Origin: Ascoidea asiatica JCM 7603
Lineage: Eukaryota > Fungi > Ascomycota
Direction: 5' to 3'
Assembly (NCBI GenBank): GCA_001600695.1
Contig: BCKQ01000005.1
Location: 655,543-719,542 of the forward strand
DNA length: 64,000 bases
Both the position numbers and the translations under genes were made by a program. Positions within the stretch are counted from its first letter, which is position 1; each line of letters starts with the position of its first letter. The notes beneath the pieces are model-generated. The model saw only the letters and a list, made by a program, of their open reading frames with translations, had not been told where the DNA came from and searched no databases. Below are positions 1 to 11,202 of this stretch, piece after piece.

Positions 1-380
1 AAATCAAAAGAATTTAAAGAAAAAGTTTTAACATAAGATTTTGGAACTAAACCTGGATTACATAATCTATTAATTGGTTTAACTAAAAACCAATCATTAT
101 CAATATTTGCAATTAATTTTAATATTTCACCAGTTGATATTGATAATTCTTTTGGATCTTGAGCTTTAAAATCATAATCAGCAATTAAAATAGTTGCTAC
201 TGAAGAAGAAGAAGAAGATGATGATGAAGATGGTGTTGAAGATGAAGATAAATTATTAATTTGAGATTTTTGAATATTTAAAGGATTAATTAAAGAAGAA
301 GGTAAATCTTTATTTTGAATTGAAATTGGATTAGAAATTTGAAATTTTGATTTTAAACCACGTTTATGTTGATTTGACAT
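1..380 (-). CDS. SH3-domain protein resembling Bem1 SH3b; 5' part only, runs off the left edge
   Basis: Not in the ORF track. Manual translation from ATG at 380: MSNQHKRGLKSKFQISNP...ADYDFKAQDPKELSISTGEILKLIANIDNDWFLVKPINRLCNPGLVPKSYVKTF, open to position 1. It has the SH3 YDF..EL / W / GLVP..YV signature, and WF.KP.NRL..PGLVP recalls the second SH3 of Bem1. Confidence 0.85.
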   Translation of the reverse strand, partial: MSNQHKRGLKSKFQISNPISIQNKDLPSSLINPLNIQKSQINNLSSSSTPSSSSSSSSSSVATILIADYDFKAQDPKELSISTGEILKLIANIDNDWFLVKPINRLCNPGLVPKSYVKTFSLNSFD

Positions 381-1489
381 TTTTAAAAATTAATTTTAAA
401 AATATAATATAAGATATAATTTGATAAAGTTAAAATATAAAATATAATTTAATTGAAGAAGAAAATTAGCGCCAATAAAGAAGAAAGAAATAGAGAAAAA
501 AATAAAGAAGGAAGAAAAGAAATAAAGAAGGAAAAGAAATAAAGAGATTTGAATGAATAGCAATGATAGACTATTTACACTGTTTATACTGTAATTTGTT
601 TACACTATAATCAGCTCAATCAGTATTATAAATATTATAAGTATTATAAGATCTGAGATTTATTAGAATTTATAACAATTATCAAATAAATAGAAATTAT
701 AAGATTTATCTAATTGATATAAAAAAAAATATTTCTTTATTTACTTATTTATTTAATTTAATTTTTGAATTGTGAGTAAGATTTGAAAAATAAACAAAGG
801 AGTGAAATTAATTCTGTATTATTTAATGATTGATTAATACGTTGTGGTGAATATTTAATAGCTTCTTTTTTTAATAGCTTATTTAATATGATAAATAATG
901 AATGTGATAATATTTTTTTATTATTTTAATGAGAGAAAGAGAGATGATCTGAAATTTGAATAACTTTATTGGAAAGGCTCAATTAATAATTGTTTTGAAG
1001 ATTGTTTTGATATTTGAAAATGAAAATATTAAAAGTTTTGTATGAGAAAGATAGAAGTTTTAAGTGAAAAGTAATGTTATGAATTATAACAAGTAATGCT
1101 GCTACCGTCGTACTTCCAGTATTAATAGATAAAAAGAGTGCCTGTTAAGGGGGGGGTAAATATCCACAGCTCACAGTGAGATAAGTAAACAAGTAACCAA
1201 ACAGGTAACTGAACAGGCTATTAAACAGGTATTTTTACTATTATTACTATTATTACTACCAGTAAAGCTACAATGATTCTAGAAAGATGAAAAGATATAG
1301 AAATTGAAAAACAAAAGGGAAAAAGATGGGCAATATATAGAATTAATATAAATCAATATGCTTGATATTCACAAAGAAGTTACTGGAAAGCTGAACAAAG
1401 AGAATTGAGGAAAAAAGAAAGAGGAAAAAGAAAGAAAGCGTTAGAAAACTGCAATTTTTCTATTGTCTGCTTCTTTTCTTACTCTTTTT

Positions 1490-1960
1490 CACTGCTAAAG
1501 GTTCGGCAGTTTAAAGACGGCAGTTTAGACACGGTACATCCCGCATATGGTTTAGGTATTCTGTTCACGTTAACGGCGCTCACAAATCTCTCAGTCTCAC
1601 GCGCTAAGGCCAGAAACAACAGCAGCCAAAGAAATGCTCTCAGTGCCGGTTAGGAGCACCAGTTCAGGCGATACCTGCAGAATTGGGACAGGCGGCTTCA
1701 TTAAAGTTATTGTTATCTCAAAATGACTAAGCACTGACTCAGTAACGTCACGTGATCTATTTTTTTTAACAAATTTGCCACTAGCTATCGTTATCACGTG
1801 TTTATGTTTTAGCCACACTTTCTTTTTTTTGTTGTTTTTGTGGCTACTGTTTCAAATGTGAAGTCTAGACTTCGACGATGCTTCCACACTGCAGGGGGCT
1901 GTCGCTTGGGCGGCATCGCTCCGGCGAGGTTTAACTTTAATGCGGTCTTCTTCCTTCTCA
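1490..1960. promoter_or_regulatory. GC-enriched divergent promoter island with candidate Cbf1/E-box, Rpn4-like and Ndt80 sites
   Basis: GTCACGTG at 1747-1754 and ATCACGTG at 1793-1800 (RTCACRTG); TTTGCCACT at 1774-1782 (AGTGGCAAA on the minus strand); TTTTGTGGC at 1836-1844 (GNCRCAAAW); 14-bp palindrome GAAGTCTAGACTTC at 1860-1873. Confidence 0.5.
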
Positions 1961-2317
1961 AACAGGATACCATATTGAAATCCAAAATAATCTTTAATTA
2001 AAAATTAACAAACGTTACTTTTCTTCTAAGAAAAAACTCGATAAAGTTAAAGTTATTGCTATTACTCTCTGAGATGAAATCTGATTCGATTGAAGCCATC
2101 GAAATCATACGAATCAAAACTTCCATTTCTGCAGCCTTAATATTATAATATATTATTATCTATCATAATATATTATTATCTAATATTATATATAAAAAAA
2201 CAATTATTCCTTTTTTCACTAGTTTAAAACTAATTTATTTCTATAGTTATTAAAAGCACTATTATCTTAAAGTATCTTGAAATCATATTATTTTATCATC
2301 CTATTACTTTATATATA

Positions 2318-3244
2318 ATGAATCAGATTCCAAATAATTCAAATAATTCAAACAATTCAAATTCAAGCTCAAATTTTCAATTATGCCAAATAAATGATAG
2401 TTTAGAAAATTCTTTATCCTATAATCTACAATTGAAAGAAAATTTAGATAAGCTATATAATATGAATAATGATATAAAGAGTATAAAGGAGATAGAGTAT
2501 ATAGATGATATAGAAGATATAGATGATATAGACGATAGCTCAGATTTACTAGATCTTATAAGTTGCTATCAAGATAATTATGATTCAAATGATGAATCTA
2601 TTGATGAATCTATTTTTTTTAAATCAAATTCTATCTTAGATTCTCCAGTAACTTCTTCAACTTCACCTTCAACTTCATTTTCTATCTCAACTTCAAATTT
2701 AAATTCTCCTCAATATTCTTTTCAAAGTTATAATAATAATATAAATAATAGTATAAATAATAATAGATTATCATATTATACATCTAAATCACGATCGAAC
2801 TTACATTTAATATCAAATTTAAATTCAAATAGACCATTAATAAATAGATCTAATTCATCATTATCATCTTCTTCAAATGTTAAAAGATTAAGTTCATCAT
2901 TTAAAAGATCTTCTTCTCTTTTTTTAAAATCCATATCTACAAAAGCAATTCTTAATAGTAATAACAATAATATTAATAGTAAAAATAGTAATAATAAAAA
3001 AATAAATATTTCAAGACCTTTAAATTCAATAAATTCATCATATTTTAATCATCAATTAATTAATAATCAATTGACCAATAATAATAATAATAAAATTAAT
3101 AATAATAGTAAGAATTTAAACTCAAATTCTAAAAAAATTAAAAAAATGGAAGATACTTTAGATAATGATTATAAATATAATTATAAATTTCCAACAAAAG
3201 AAGATATATTATATAATTTATATATATTAGGTAATGAAAATTAA
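2318..3244 (+). CDS. Hypothetical low-complexity Asn/Ser-rich protein (308 aa)
   Basis: Long ATG-initiated ORF with codon usage like neighbouring genes. It has an acidic patch, several RSSS/RLSS motifs and a short ordered C-terminus (YKFPTKEDILYNLYIL). No domain recognised. Confidence 0.7.
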   Translation: MNQIPNNSNNSNNSNSSSNFQLCQINDSLENSLSYNLQLKENLDKLYNMNNDIKSIKEIEYIDDIEDIDDIDDSSDLLDLISCYQDNYDSNDESIDESIFFKSNSILDSPVTSSTSPSTSFSISTSNLNSPQYSFQSYNNNINNSINNNRLSYYTSKSRSNLHLISNLNSNRPLINRSNSSLSSSSNVKRLSSSFKRSSSLFLKSISTKAILNSNNNNINSKNSNNKKINISRPLNSINSSYFNHQLINNQLTNNNNNKINNNSKNLNSNSKKIKKMEDTLDNDYKYNYKFPTKEDILYNLYILGNEN

Positions 3245-3272
3245 TTGGTTAATTATTTAGTTAATTAATTAG

Positions 3273-4124
3273 TTAAGGAGCATCAGTACATTCCCAATCA
3301 CTTGGTTCATAAGCATTTGGTTGATCAATTTCATTCATTTCATCTTTGGTTAATTCAAAAGAATAAACATCTAAATTAATTTTTAATCTTGAAATTGTAG
3401 AAGTTTTTGGTAATGGAATATTACCATGTTGTAAATTCCATCTAATTAAAATTTGAGAAGTTGAAACATTATATTTTTTTGAAATTTTAATTAAAATTGG
3501 ATCATTAAATCTACCACCATGATTTAAAGGTGCATAACTTTCAACTTGAATATCATTTTTTCTACAAAATTCACTTAATTTACTTCTCATAATCCATGGA
3601 GAAATTTCAATTTGATTAATTACAGGTTTATATTTTAAATTTTTATAATTTAATAATTCTAAAATATGTTTTTCACCATAATTACTTACACCAATATTTT
3701 TAACAAAATTTAAATCAATTGATTCTTCCATTGCTTTCCAAGTTTCAATTCTCTTTTTTGGACCACATAATGGACTATGAATTAATAATAAATCAATATA
3801 ATCAATATAATTTTTAATTTTATTAAAAGATTCATTAATTCCAATTTTTGCATTATTATAACCACATTGTGAATTCCATAATTTTGTTGTATACCAAACT
3901 TCAGATCTTTTATTATTTATTGGATCTTCTTTTAACCATTTTGAAATACCTTTAGCAACATCAACTTCATTTGCATATAAAACTGCAGAATCAAAATGTC
4001 TATAACCAACTTTTAATGCATTATAAACAATTTCTGAAGTTTTATCATGTGGTATATCCCAAGTACCTAAACCAATTGTTGGAATTATTGAACCATTATT
4101 TAGTTTTAAAAATTTCTTAACCAT
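3273..4124 (-). CDS. Aldo-keto reductase, YJR096W-like
   Basis: LNNG..IP.IGLGTW, GYRHFDSA.LY, TTKLW, LLIHSP, IGVSNY, QIEISPW and PLPK motifs. The C-terminus AYEPSDWECTDAP matches the YJR096W type. Confidence 0.95.
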   Translation of the reverse strand: MVKKFLKLNNGSIIPTIGLGTWDIPHDKTSEIVYNALKVGYRHFDSAVLYANEVDVAKGISKWLKEDPINNKRSEVWYTTKLWNSQCGYNNAKIGINESFNKIKNYIDYIDLLLIHSPLCGPKKRIETWKAMEESIDLNFVKNIGVSNYGEKHILELLNYKNLKYKPVINQIEISPWIMRSKLSEFCRKNDIQVESYAPLNHGGRFNDPILIKISKKYNVSTSQILIRWNLQHGNIPLPKTSTISRLKINLDVYSFELTKDEMNEIDQPNAYEPSDWECTDAP

Positions 4125-4413
4125 TTTTAATAATAATAAAAATAATAATAAGAATTTTAATAATAAGAAGATCAGGAAAAAGAATTGAAGGAAAAGTTAT
4201 TCAAGTAAGTATTCCTTTTAATACAAATATAAATATAGATGAAATATGAATTACATTTGCTTATAAAAAATATATGGGATAAAAAGGATAATAATGAGTA
4301 TACTCGACTTATTCAAATCATCGATAAAACTAATTTAGTATGGTAAATAATAGAGGATTAATTTCCTTAAATATCTTCGGGATAAAATACCAGATTTAAA
4401 TCACGAGGTAGCA

Positions 4414-4483
4414 ACAAAGATTACGACTCCACTTTAATGGTTCTTCTTTAAAAAAACCATTAAAGTGGAGTCGTAATCTTTGT
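4414..4483. repeat. Perfect 29-bp inverted repeat with 12-nt loop
   Basis: ACAAAGATTACGACTCCACTTTAATGGTT (4414-4442) is the exact reverse complement of AACCATTAAAGTGGAGTCGTAATCTTTGT (4455-4483). Confidence 0.97.
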
Positions 4484-6019
4484 ATTCTAGGACATATGTT
4501 GAAAATAATAGGACTATGATCTTGCTCTTGGGATACATATTTATTAGGGTCCGGGTGTTCAGTCTTCCGGTGCAGTGTTTTACAACTACTCCTTCCAAGA
4601 AAGCTTAGCAGGGGCTGGAGAGGCACACAGAAGGAGAGACGTGGCGGGGGAAGTCAAGATGACTATTTATAGACATCGTGACACGCACACCCCTCAAGAA
4701 CCAGGATACCTCAGCCATATAGTCAGGTGCTTCAACTGGGTCTGGTGCTACTTCTTCTACATCTGCTTCAGATGTAGCTGTTTCTGCGGTGTGAGCTGGA
4801 TGTGCTTGCTGAGAATACTTTTCTGATTTTCCTGATTTCTCTGATTTCTCTGAAACAGCTGATTGAACTGGCGGTGCTGATTGAATCTCGAGTGTTTCAA
4901 TTCAAACTCAGCTTGATTCAGCTCGATTCAGACTGATTTGGATTTTGGGAGTTGAATACGAATTAATTCAAGTGCAACGCTACAAACGCACATATTCCAC
5001 AACATGTTACCAGCCGATTACAGTTCCCAGTAATGCTTTACAGTGCTCGTTCTGTCCAATTGTTGGCCATTCCACGCTTTTTAAGTTCTCTTTGTTGTTA
5101 AGCTTTAGCACAACTTAAATATATTTTGGTTATTGAAATAATTGGTTATTAAAATATTTGGTTATTTGGTTATTTAGTTATTTGTTAAGTTGCCTCACTT
5201 TTTTTTCACTGAAAATTTCTCACAACTTGCAAAAAACTTACAGTAACGTTAACTTAGAAACTTACCAAAAACTTACCAAGTATTTTCCCAAAAGTTACCA
5301 AAAACATTTTCAAAGCTAATTTAGACTGGAGCTGAGTGTTTTAAATCGATTTAAATTGATTTAAAATGATATAAATCAGTTTAAACTGATTTAAAGTAGT
5401 TTAAACTGGTATAAACTGGAATAAACTGGAATAAACTGGAATAAACCTCAATTGACATATTTCGATTATTATTATTATTTATTTGCCTATTGAAGTATTA
5501 TTAAAATACCTAATAAAAATATTAATTATCTGTAATAACTTCAATATTTTCAATAATATTAATATTAATTACACTCATCTATCATCATTCATATCAAATT
5601 ATATCATATCATATCATATCATATCTTAGTATCATTCTTTTAAATCACTTTAGAATCTAGGAACGTTTTTTAAATTGATATCATAAATATCTTTAATACC
5701 TTCAATATCTTTTATATTATCTGGAGTATCCAAACTACAACAGTACACTTCATCATTAAATTTCTACTTTATTATTTTCTTTAATCATCTATCACCAATA
5801 ATCTCATCAACTATATTCAATTATATTCAATTATATATAAACACATATACTCTATAAGCATATATAAATGTATATATAAACAATCATAAAATATATACTA
5901 ATATATATTTGTTTATTTATTTCTTTATCTCTTTATTTATTTGTTTATTTTTCTCATTTTCAAATCTATATTCTAAGCGCTGATACTTTTATTTCAATTA
6001 TTAAACAAAAAAAAAAAAA

Positions 6020-8263
6020 ATGTCTGATAAAGCTGCTTTATCTTATTTTATAAGAAGAAGTGTAACTTCAGAAATGATAGATTATCTTGCAACTTCTACT
6101 CTTTCAATAGTTTCAATAAAATCAATATCTCCACCAAATTCAAATTTTAATAATTCTAATAATTCTATAAATCATCCTTATATAAATAAAAGACTTAATA
6201 TTCCTTCAAATCATTCAATTCAAAAAAATAATTCAATTCAAAAAAAATTTAATAATAAAAATAATATACCTTATTATCCTCCTTCTCCTCCTCTTTCACC
6301 TTCAATTAAAAAATTATCGTTATTATCCAACAATAACAATAGCAATAACAATAATAACATAAATATTAATATTAATAAGAATAATAAAACTCCTTTGATA
6401 CCAAATATTAAAACTTCTTTAAAAAAATTCATTCAAGCTCTTATAAAGCATTCAAATGTTCAAGTTCCAACTTTAATGTCTTCTTTAGTTTATTTAATTC
6501 GTTTAAAAAATGCAATTCCATATTCTGAAGTTTTTGGTAATCCAACAACTCCTCATAGAATTTTTATTGGTTGTTTAATATTAGCTGCTAAATTTTTAAA
6601 TGATTCTTCTCCTTTAAATAAACATTGGTGTAAATATACTGATGGTTTATTATCAATTCATGATATAAATTTAATTGAAATTCAATTATTATCTTATTTA
6701 AATTGGGATTTAAAAATTTCAATTAATGATTTATATATTGCTTTTGCTCCTTTTTTATCTCCAATAAAAAATCATTTAAAAATTAAAAATGATGAAATTT
6801 TAAAAAAAAAATTAACTAATTATAATAATTATAATAATATTAATAATAATAATAGTAATAATAACAATAATAATATAATTAATAATAATTTAAATAATAA
6901 ATCTAAAATTTTCATAAATTCAAATAATAATGATTCTTTATCAAATTTATTAAATCCAAAATCTTCAATTATAACTTCAACTAAATTTCCAAATTCTAAT
7001 TCAAATTCAAATCCAAATCTAAATCCACAAAAATCTTTAAGATATTCAACTTCTTTAGGTTCTTTAAGAAATTTCAATTTAATGCCACCTCCACTTCAAA
7101 TTCCATTAAATTCTTCTCCTTCTTTTTCAACCTGTTCTTCTCCATTAAAATCATCTCATTTATCAAATACAAATCATTCAAGTGTTAGTTCAACAACTCA
7201 TTTACCTTTACATCCTCCAATTACTAGATCAAATTCAAATTTTTCAAATGATTCTTTAAAATCTTCTTATTCTCAGACTCCTATTCATAATGAAGGTTCA
7301 ACATATTCTATATCTTCTGTTTCATCAAAGGAAACAAATATAAATATGAATATAAGTTTAAATTCAAATAATAACAACTTAATTAATAATAGTAATAATT
7401 TAAGTACTATTTCTGCAAATAATTCCAAAAAAATAAATTTAAAAGAATTTGAAGCTCCTCCAAGTGCTGCATTTAATAAATCTCCATTTAAAGCAAAATC
7501 TCCTTTATCAAAAGAATATCATCAAAATAATAATTCAGTTTCCTCAATTTTCTTAAGCCCATTAACAAGTTTTAGAAAAAATTCAATAAAATTAAAACAT
7601 TCAATATTAAAATTAAATAAAAATTATATTGGAAGTAGTAATTTAAATCTTGAAATTGAAAGTGAATCTGAACATTTTACTGATAATAATCACATTCATA
7701 ATCATATTAATAATAGTAATAATAACCATAACCATAATCATAGTAATAATCATAATCCTAATCATAATAAACAAGAAAATGATGATGACGATGATGGTTT
7801 TAATTTCGTTCATTCAACTACAACTATAATAAATTCAAAGTCAAATGGAAATTCTAATATTAGTCCATTATCACATAAATTAACTTCATTAAATACTAAT
7901 TTACCTAATGGAAATATAAATAAACAATATTTTCATTCCAAAAATTCAAATCATACAACTTCAAGTTTTATAAATGGAAATATTACACCAGCTAGAACTT
8001 ATTTTCGTATACCACATCATAAATCAATGGTTAATTTACATTCAAATTCAAATCCAAATTCAACTTCTTCCAATTTTAATAAAAACTTAAACATTGAGAA
8101 ACCAGCTACAAACATTAATCAACTAAATCACAATCAAAGTCAATGTTATAAAACCTCTAAAACCAGTTCAAATGCAAATATAAATTTAAATATTAATATC
8201 AAAGAAAATTCAAACCTTTCTAAGAACAATTCCAGTCATCTAAATAACAATCATGAAACTTAA
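6020..8263 (+). CDS. Pho85 cyclin, Pcl1/Pcl2/Pcl9 subfamily, with long Asn/Ser tail
   Basis: N-terminus MSDKAALSYFIRRSVTSEMIDYLATST; cyclin box SNVQVPTLMSSLVYL..RIFIGCLILAAKFLNDSSPLNKHW..EIQLLSYLNWDL. Confidence 0.93.
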   Translation: MSDKAALSYFIRRSVTSEMIDYLATSTLSIVSIKSISPPNSNFNNSNNSINHPYINKRLNIPSNHSIQKNNSIQKKFNNKNNIPYYPPSPPLSPSIKKLSLLSNNNNSNNNNNINININKNNKTPLIPNIKTSLKKFIQALIKHSNVQVPTLMSSLVYLIRLKNAIPYSEVFGNPTTPHRIFIGCLILAAKFLNDSSPLNKHWCKYTDGLLSIHDINLIEIQLLSYLNWDLKISINDLYIAFAPFLSPIKNHLKIKNDEILKKKLTNYNNYNNINNNNSNNNNNNIINNNLNNKSKIFINSNNNDSLSNLLNPKSSIITSTKFPNSNSNSNPNLNPQKSLRYSTSLGSLRNFNLMPPPLQIPLNSSPSFSTCSSPLKSSHLSNTNHSSVSSTTHLPLHPPITRSNSNFSNDSLKSSYSQTPIHNEGSTYSISSVSSKETNINMNISLNSNNNNLINNSNNLSTISANNSKKINLKEFEAPPSAAFNKSPFKAKSPLSKEYHQNNNSVSSIFLSPLTSFRKNSIKLKHSILKLNKNYIGSSNLNLEIESESEHFTDNNHIHNHINNSNNNHNHNHSNNHNPNHNKQENDDDDDGFNFVHSTTTIINSKSNGNSNISPLSHKLTSLNTNLPNGNINKQYFHSKNSNHTTSSFINGNITPARTYFRIPHHKSMVNLHSNSNPNSTSSNFNKNLNIEKPATNINQLNHNQSQCYKTSKTSSNANINLNINIKENSNLSKNNSSHLNNNHET

Positions 8264-8918
8264 TCATTCAATTCTTCATTATCATTCAATTCTTTGCTCT
8301 TGCTTCATATTTTTTTTTGTACATTTCAAAAGCTTTAATTTAAATTTTTCAATACTCTCAGATAATTACTTATTCACTTTTCCACTTTTTATTATTTTCT
8401 TGACCATTCATTTATTCAAAGAAACATTTTTTTTATTACTTTATTGCTTTACAATTCTGGTCAAATTTTTATTGTTTATTGTTACCTTTTATCGTTATCG
8501 TTTATATGTTCTTGTTTATTGTTAAATCTCATTGTTAATTGCTCATATTGTTTATTCTTATTAATGTCTCTTCTTTTTTTGCTTTTTCTTTTTTTTTTTT
8601 CTTAATTCTCAAATTTGACAGTTTAATTTACTTAAGTTCTTCTTTTTTCTTTTATCATTCATATTGGTTCTTATTTTTATTATTATTTTCAAGTGATTGG
8701 TTTGTTAAAATCTATCAATAAATTAATTAAAGTCGAAAAGATAAATTGGTTTTTCTTTATTGTTTAATGACACTTGATAAATTAATAAATAGTAAATAAT
8801 GAATAATAAATAATAAATAATACATTTATTCGATTATATTAGATATGTATATTCAATTTAAAACTAAAAAAAAAAAAAATTAGGAAAGGAGTATATTGAA
8901 TTCCAATTAAATATCAAT

Positions 8919-9380
8919 TTATTCTGATTCTGATTGAGATTGTAAATTTTTTAAAATTGATTGTTGTAAAGTTTTCAATTCATCCATATTTCCTTTCTTT
9001 GCAGGCCAACCAACAATTAAACCATCATTTGAATCATTTTTTGGAATTAAATGAAAATGAACATGATCAACAACTTGATGAGCAATTCTTCCATTATTTT
9101 GTAAAACATTATAACCATTACCTAAAGGAGATTCATTATTTAAACCTAAAGAAAAAGATAATTTTTTAACAACAGGTAAAATATCTTTTAAGTAATCATC
9201 AGGTAAATTATGTAATTTTGCACCATGATATTTTGGGATAATTAAAGCATGTCCCTTTGAACATGGTTCAATATCAAGAAATGAATAAGAATATTTTGTT
9301 TCAATTAATTTAAATGAAGGAATCTCACCTTTAATAATCTTACAAAATATACATGAAGCATTGAAAGCACAAGAAGACAT
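8919..9380 (-). CDS. HNT1: HIT-family adenosine 5'-monophosphoramidase
   Basis: CIFCKIIKGEIPSFKL, GHALIIPKYHGAKLH, YNVLQNNGRIAHQVVDHVHFHLIPK (histidine triad). Intronless here. Confidence 0.96.
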   Translation of the reverse strand: MSSCAFNASCIFCKIIKGEIPSFKLIETKYSYSFLDIEPCSKGHALIIPKYHGAKLHNLPDDYLKDILPVVKKLSFSLGLNNESPLGNGYNVLQNNGRIAHQVVDHVHFHLIPKNDSNDGLIVGWPAKKGNMDELKTLQQSILKNLQSQSESE

Positions 9381-9602
9381 TGTTATTAAGTTATAGTTAA
9401 TGAACTGTTGAATATTATTTGAATTGAGTTAACTGAAGATATATAAAAAGATTATGAAAAGATTATGAAAAGATTATGAAAAGATATATATGAAATATAA
9501 TATTTATACAAATTAAAAGTGATAGAATGAATGATAGTTAAAAGGAATGGAATAATTTGAATGGATCCTTTAATTCTTAAATTGAATTTCCTTAGACCTA
9601 CT

Positions 9603-10283
9603 TTAGAGGGGAAGAATGTTTGAAATTTGTCTTGTACCCACGGAGGTTAAAAGACTTAGAGACTGTCTTCCGAAAGGAAAATAACTAATTATATAATAAA
9701 TAACAGCAATAAGTTCCAATACTGCAAAAATAATAGTTAAAATAGTTGATTTAACAAAAACAGAGAAATAAACAGTTAGGAATATTAAAGAAAAAAAAGA
9801 AATTGTAAATGGAAGTCTTTCTTTTGATAAAAGATGTTTTATATAATTATAAGGTCCTTGAATAAAACCAAAAGAAATAACAAATAATAAAGAACCTAAA
9901 CTCCAAAGTAAACCAAACTTTCTTGGTTTCAAAGCAAGAACAGGAAATAAGAAGAAACTTAGAAAAAAAAATAAAGCAGAAGCAAGAAGAGAAGCAGCAA
10001 ATAATGAATATCTTTCAAACATGGATAATTTAAAGAAAAAAGAAGGTTCCTCTAAAACTTCTGGATCATTATTCAAGGTTGGCAATCTTTCATAAGCATC
10101 AGAAACAGAATCTTTGATATTGTTTGACCATTTAGAGAAAGTTATTGAAAAAGGATTAGAATCTTCATTGATATTGTTATTATTGCTGCTAGTATTGGTA
10201 GTGTTGGATGAATCTCGATTGGAACCCCATTTCCATTTAGGACTGAAGGGAGAATCGGTATTGCCTAAGCTTATTCCATTCAT
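9603..10283 (-). CDS. SFT2: Got1/Sft2-family Golgi membrane protein
   Basis: Four TM segments; FPVLALKPRKFGLLWSLGS, RLPFT, YYIISYFPFG. Divergent from RTG3, as in S. cerevisiae YBL102W/YBL103C. Confidence 0.92.
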   Translation of the reverse strand: MNGISLGNTDSPFSPKWKWGSNRDSSNTTNTSSNNNNINEDSNPFSITFSKWSNNIKDSVSDAYERLPTLNNDPEVLEEPSFFFKLSMFERYSLFAASLLASALFFFLSFFLFPVLALKPRKFGLLWSLGSLLFVISFGFIQGPYNYIKHLLSKERLPFTISFFSLIFLTVYFSVFVKSTILTIIFAVLELIAVIYYIISYFPFGRQSLSLLTSVGTRQISNILPL

Positions 10284-10479
10284 TATATTACAGTGATTTA
10301 TGAAACGTTTATTTATTTCAAACTATCACATATATATTTCAAATTTTAATGTCTTTTGAAAGTAATTAATCCAGTTATTTCAATTGATTCAGTTAACTTC
10401 AATAATTTTATTGATTCTTTTATGCCATATGTAGTCGTTTTATGGAAGTTTTGAATAGACAGACTGGAATCTATTGCCA

Positions 10480-10930
10480 TACACAAAATTTAACTGACTT
10501 CACTTTACCGTAATTTTGCGGCTGCGCCACAACATCTACTCCATAGCGCGCGGTTTCCAATCCACGCACTATTTTAGTGATCAGCGCAAAACTCCCTCCA
10601 CCAAAAATTGAAATCGACCCGAAGATCTGAAAAAAAACACCCCGCAAAGTAAACAACTACCGAACCCGCGCAATACCCTTTTGATATATCATACTTTTGC
10701 GTGATAAAAGTCGGTGCAAAATAAAATACATGTGATCGTTTAACTTCCGGGGTGTTGAGGGTGTTTTTCTAGTCTTTTCGGTCCTTTTATTTCCGCAATA
10801 TCCGCTAAAAAGCACGTGGTCTGTTCTTTTATATTTGGTCACATGCTCCATGATAATTCATTGTTGTTACCGGTAAAGTTGTTAACTTGCAAGACATGGA
10901 CCTGAATTAGCTATCGGCAGGCACTGCAAG
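10480..10930. promoter_or_regulatory. GC-enriched SFT2/RTG3 divergent promoter
   Basis: Local GC rise between divergent ATGs; CACGTG at about 10813 and GGTCAC at about 10837. Confidence 0.5.
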
Positions 10931-11202
10931 CACTCCAAACACTGTATAAACATATATTCTTATATTAATATGAATTCTATTTCTACTCTCTTCAATATTC
11001 CTATTATTATAATATTTCTAAATTAATAAACGTCTATTACTTCTCCAACCTTCTTTTTTTAATTCACAATCAAAGAACTATTGTAAAATAAATTTATGTT
11101 AAACGATACCATAATATAATATACTATATTATCTTCTATTAACAAATTGAACAATATTTTACATTTTCGATTTCAAATAACCTTGCTTCTATTCATATAA
11201 GC

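Noticed and set aside
1747-1960. Point centromere (CDEI-like RTCACGTG)
   Set aside because: No very AT-rich CDEII followed by a CDEIII CCGAA at the right spacing; the context is an ordinary promoter.
2318-3244. IME1 by proximity to the YJR096W orthologue
   Set aside because: It is on the wrong side of the AKR gene relative to S. cerevisiae and has no convincing match to the Ime1 C-terminal motif.
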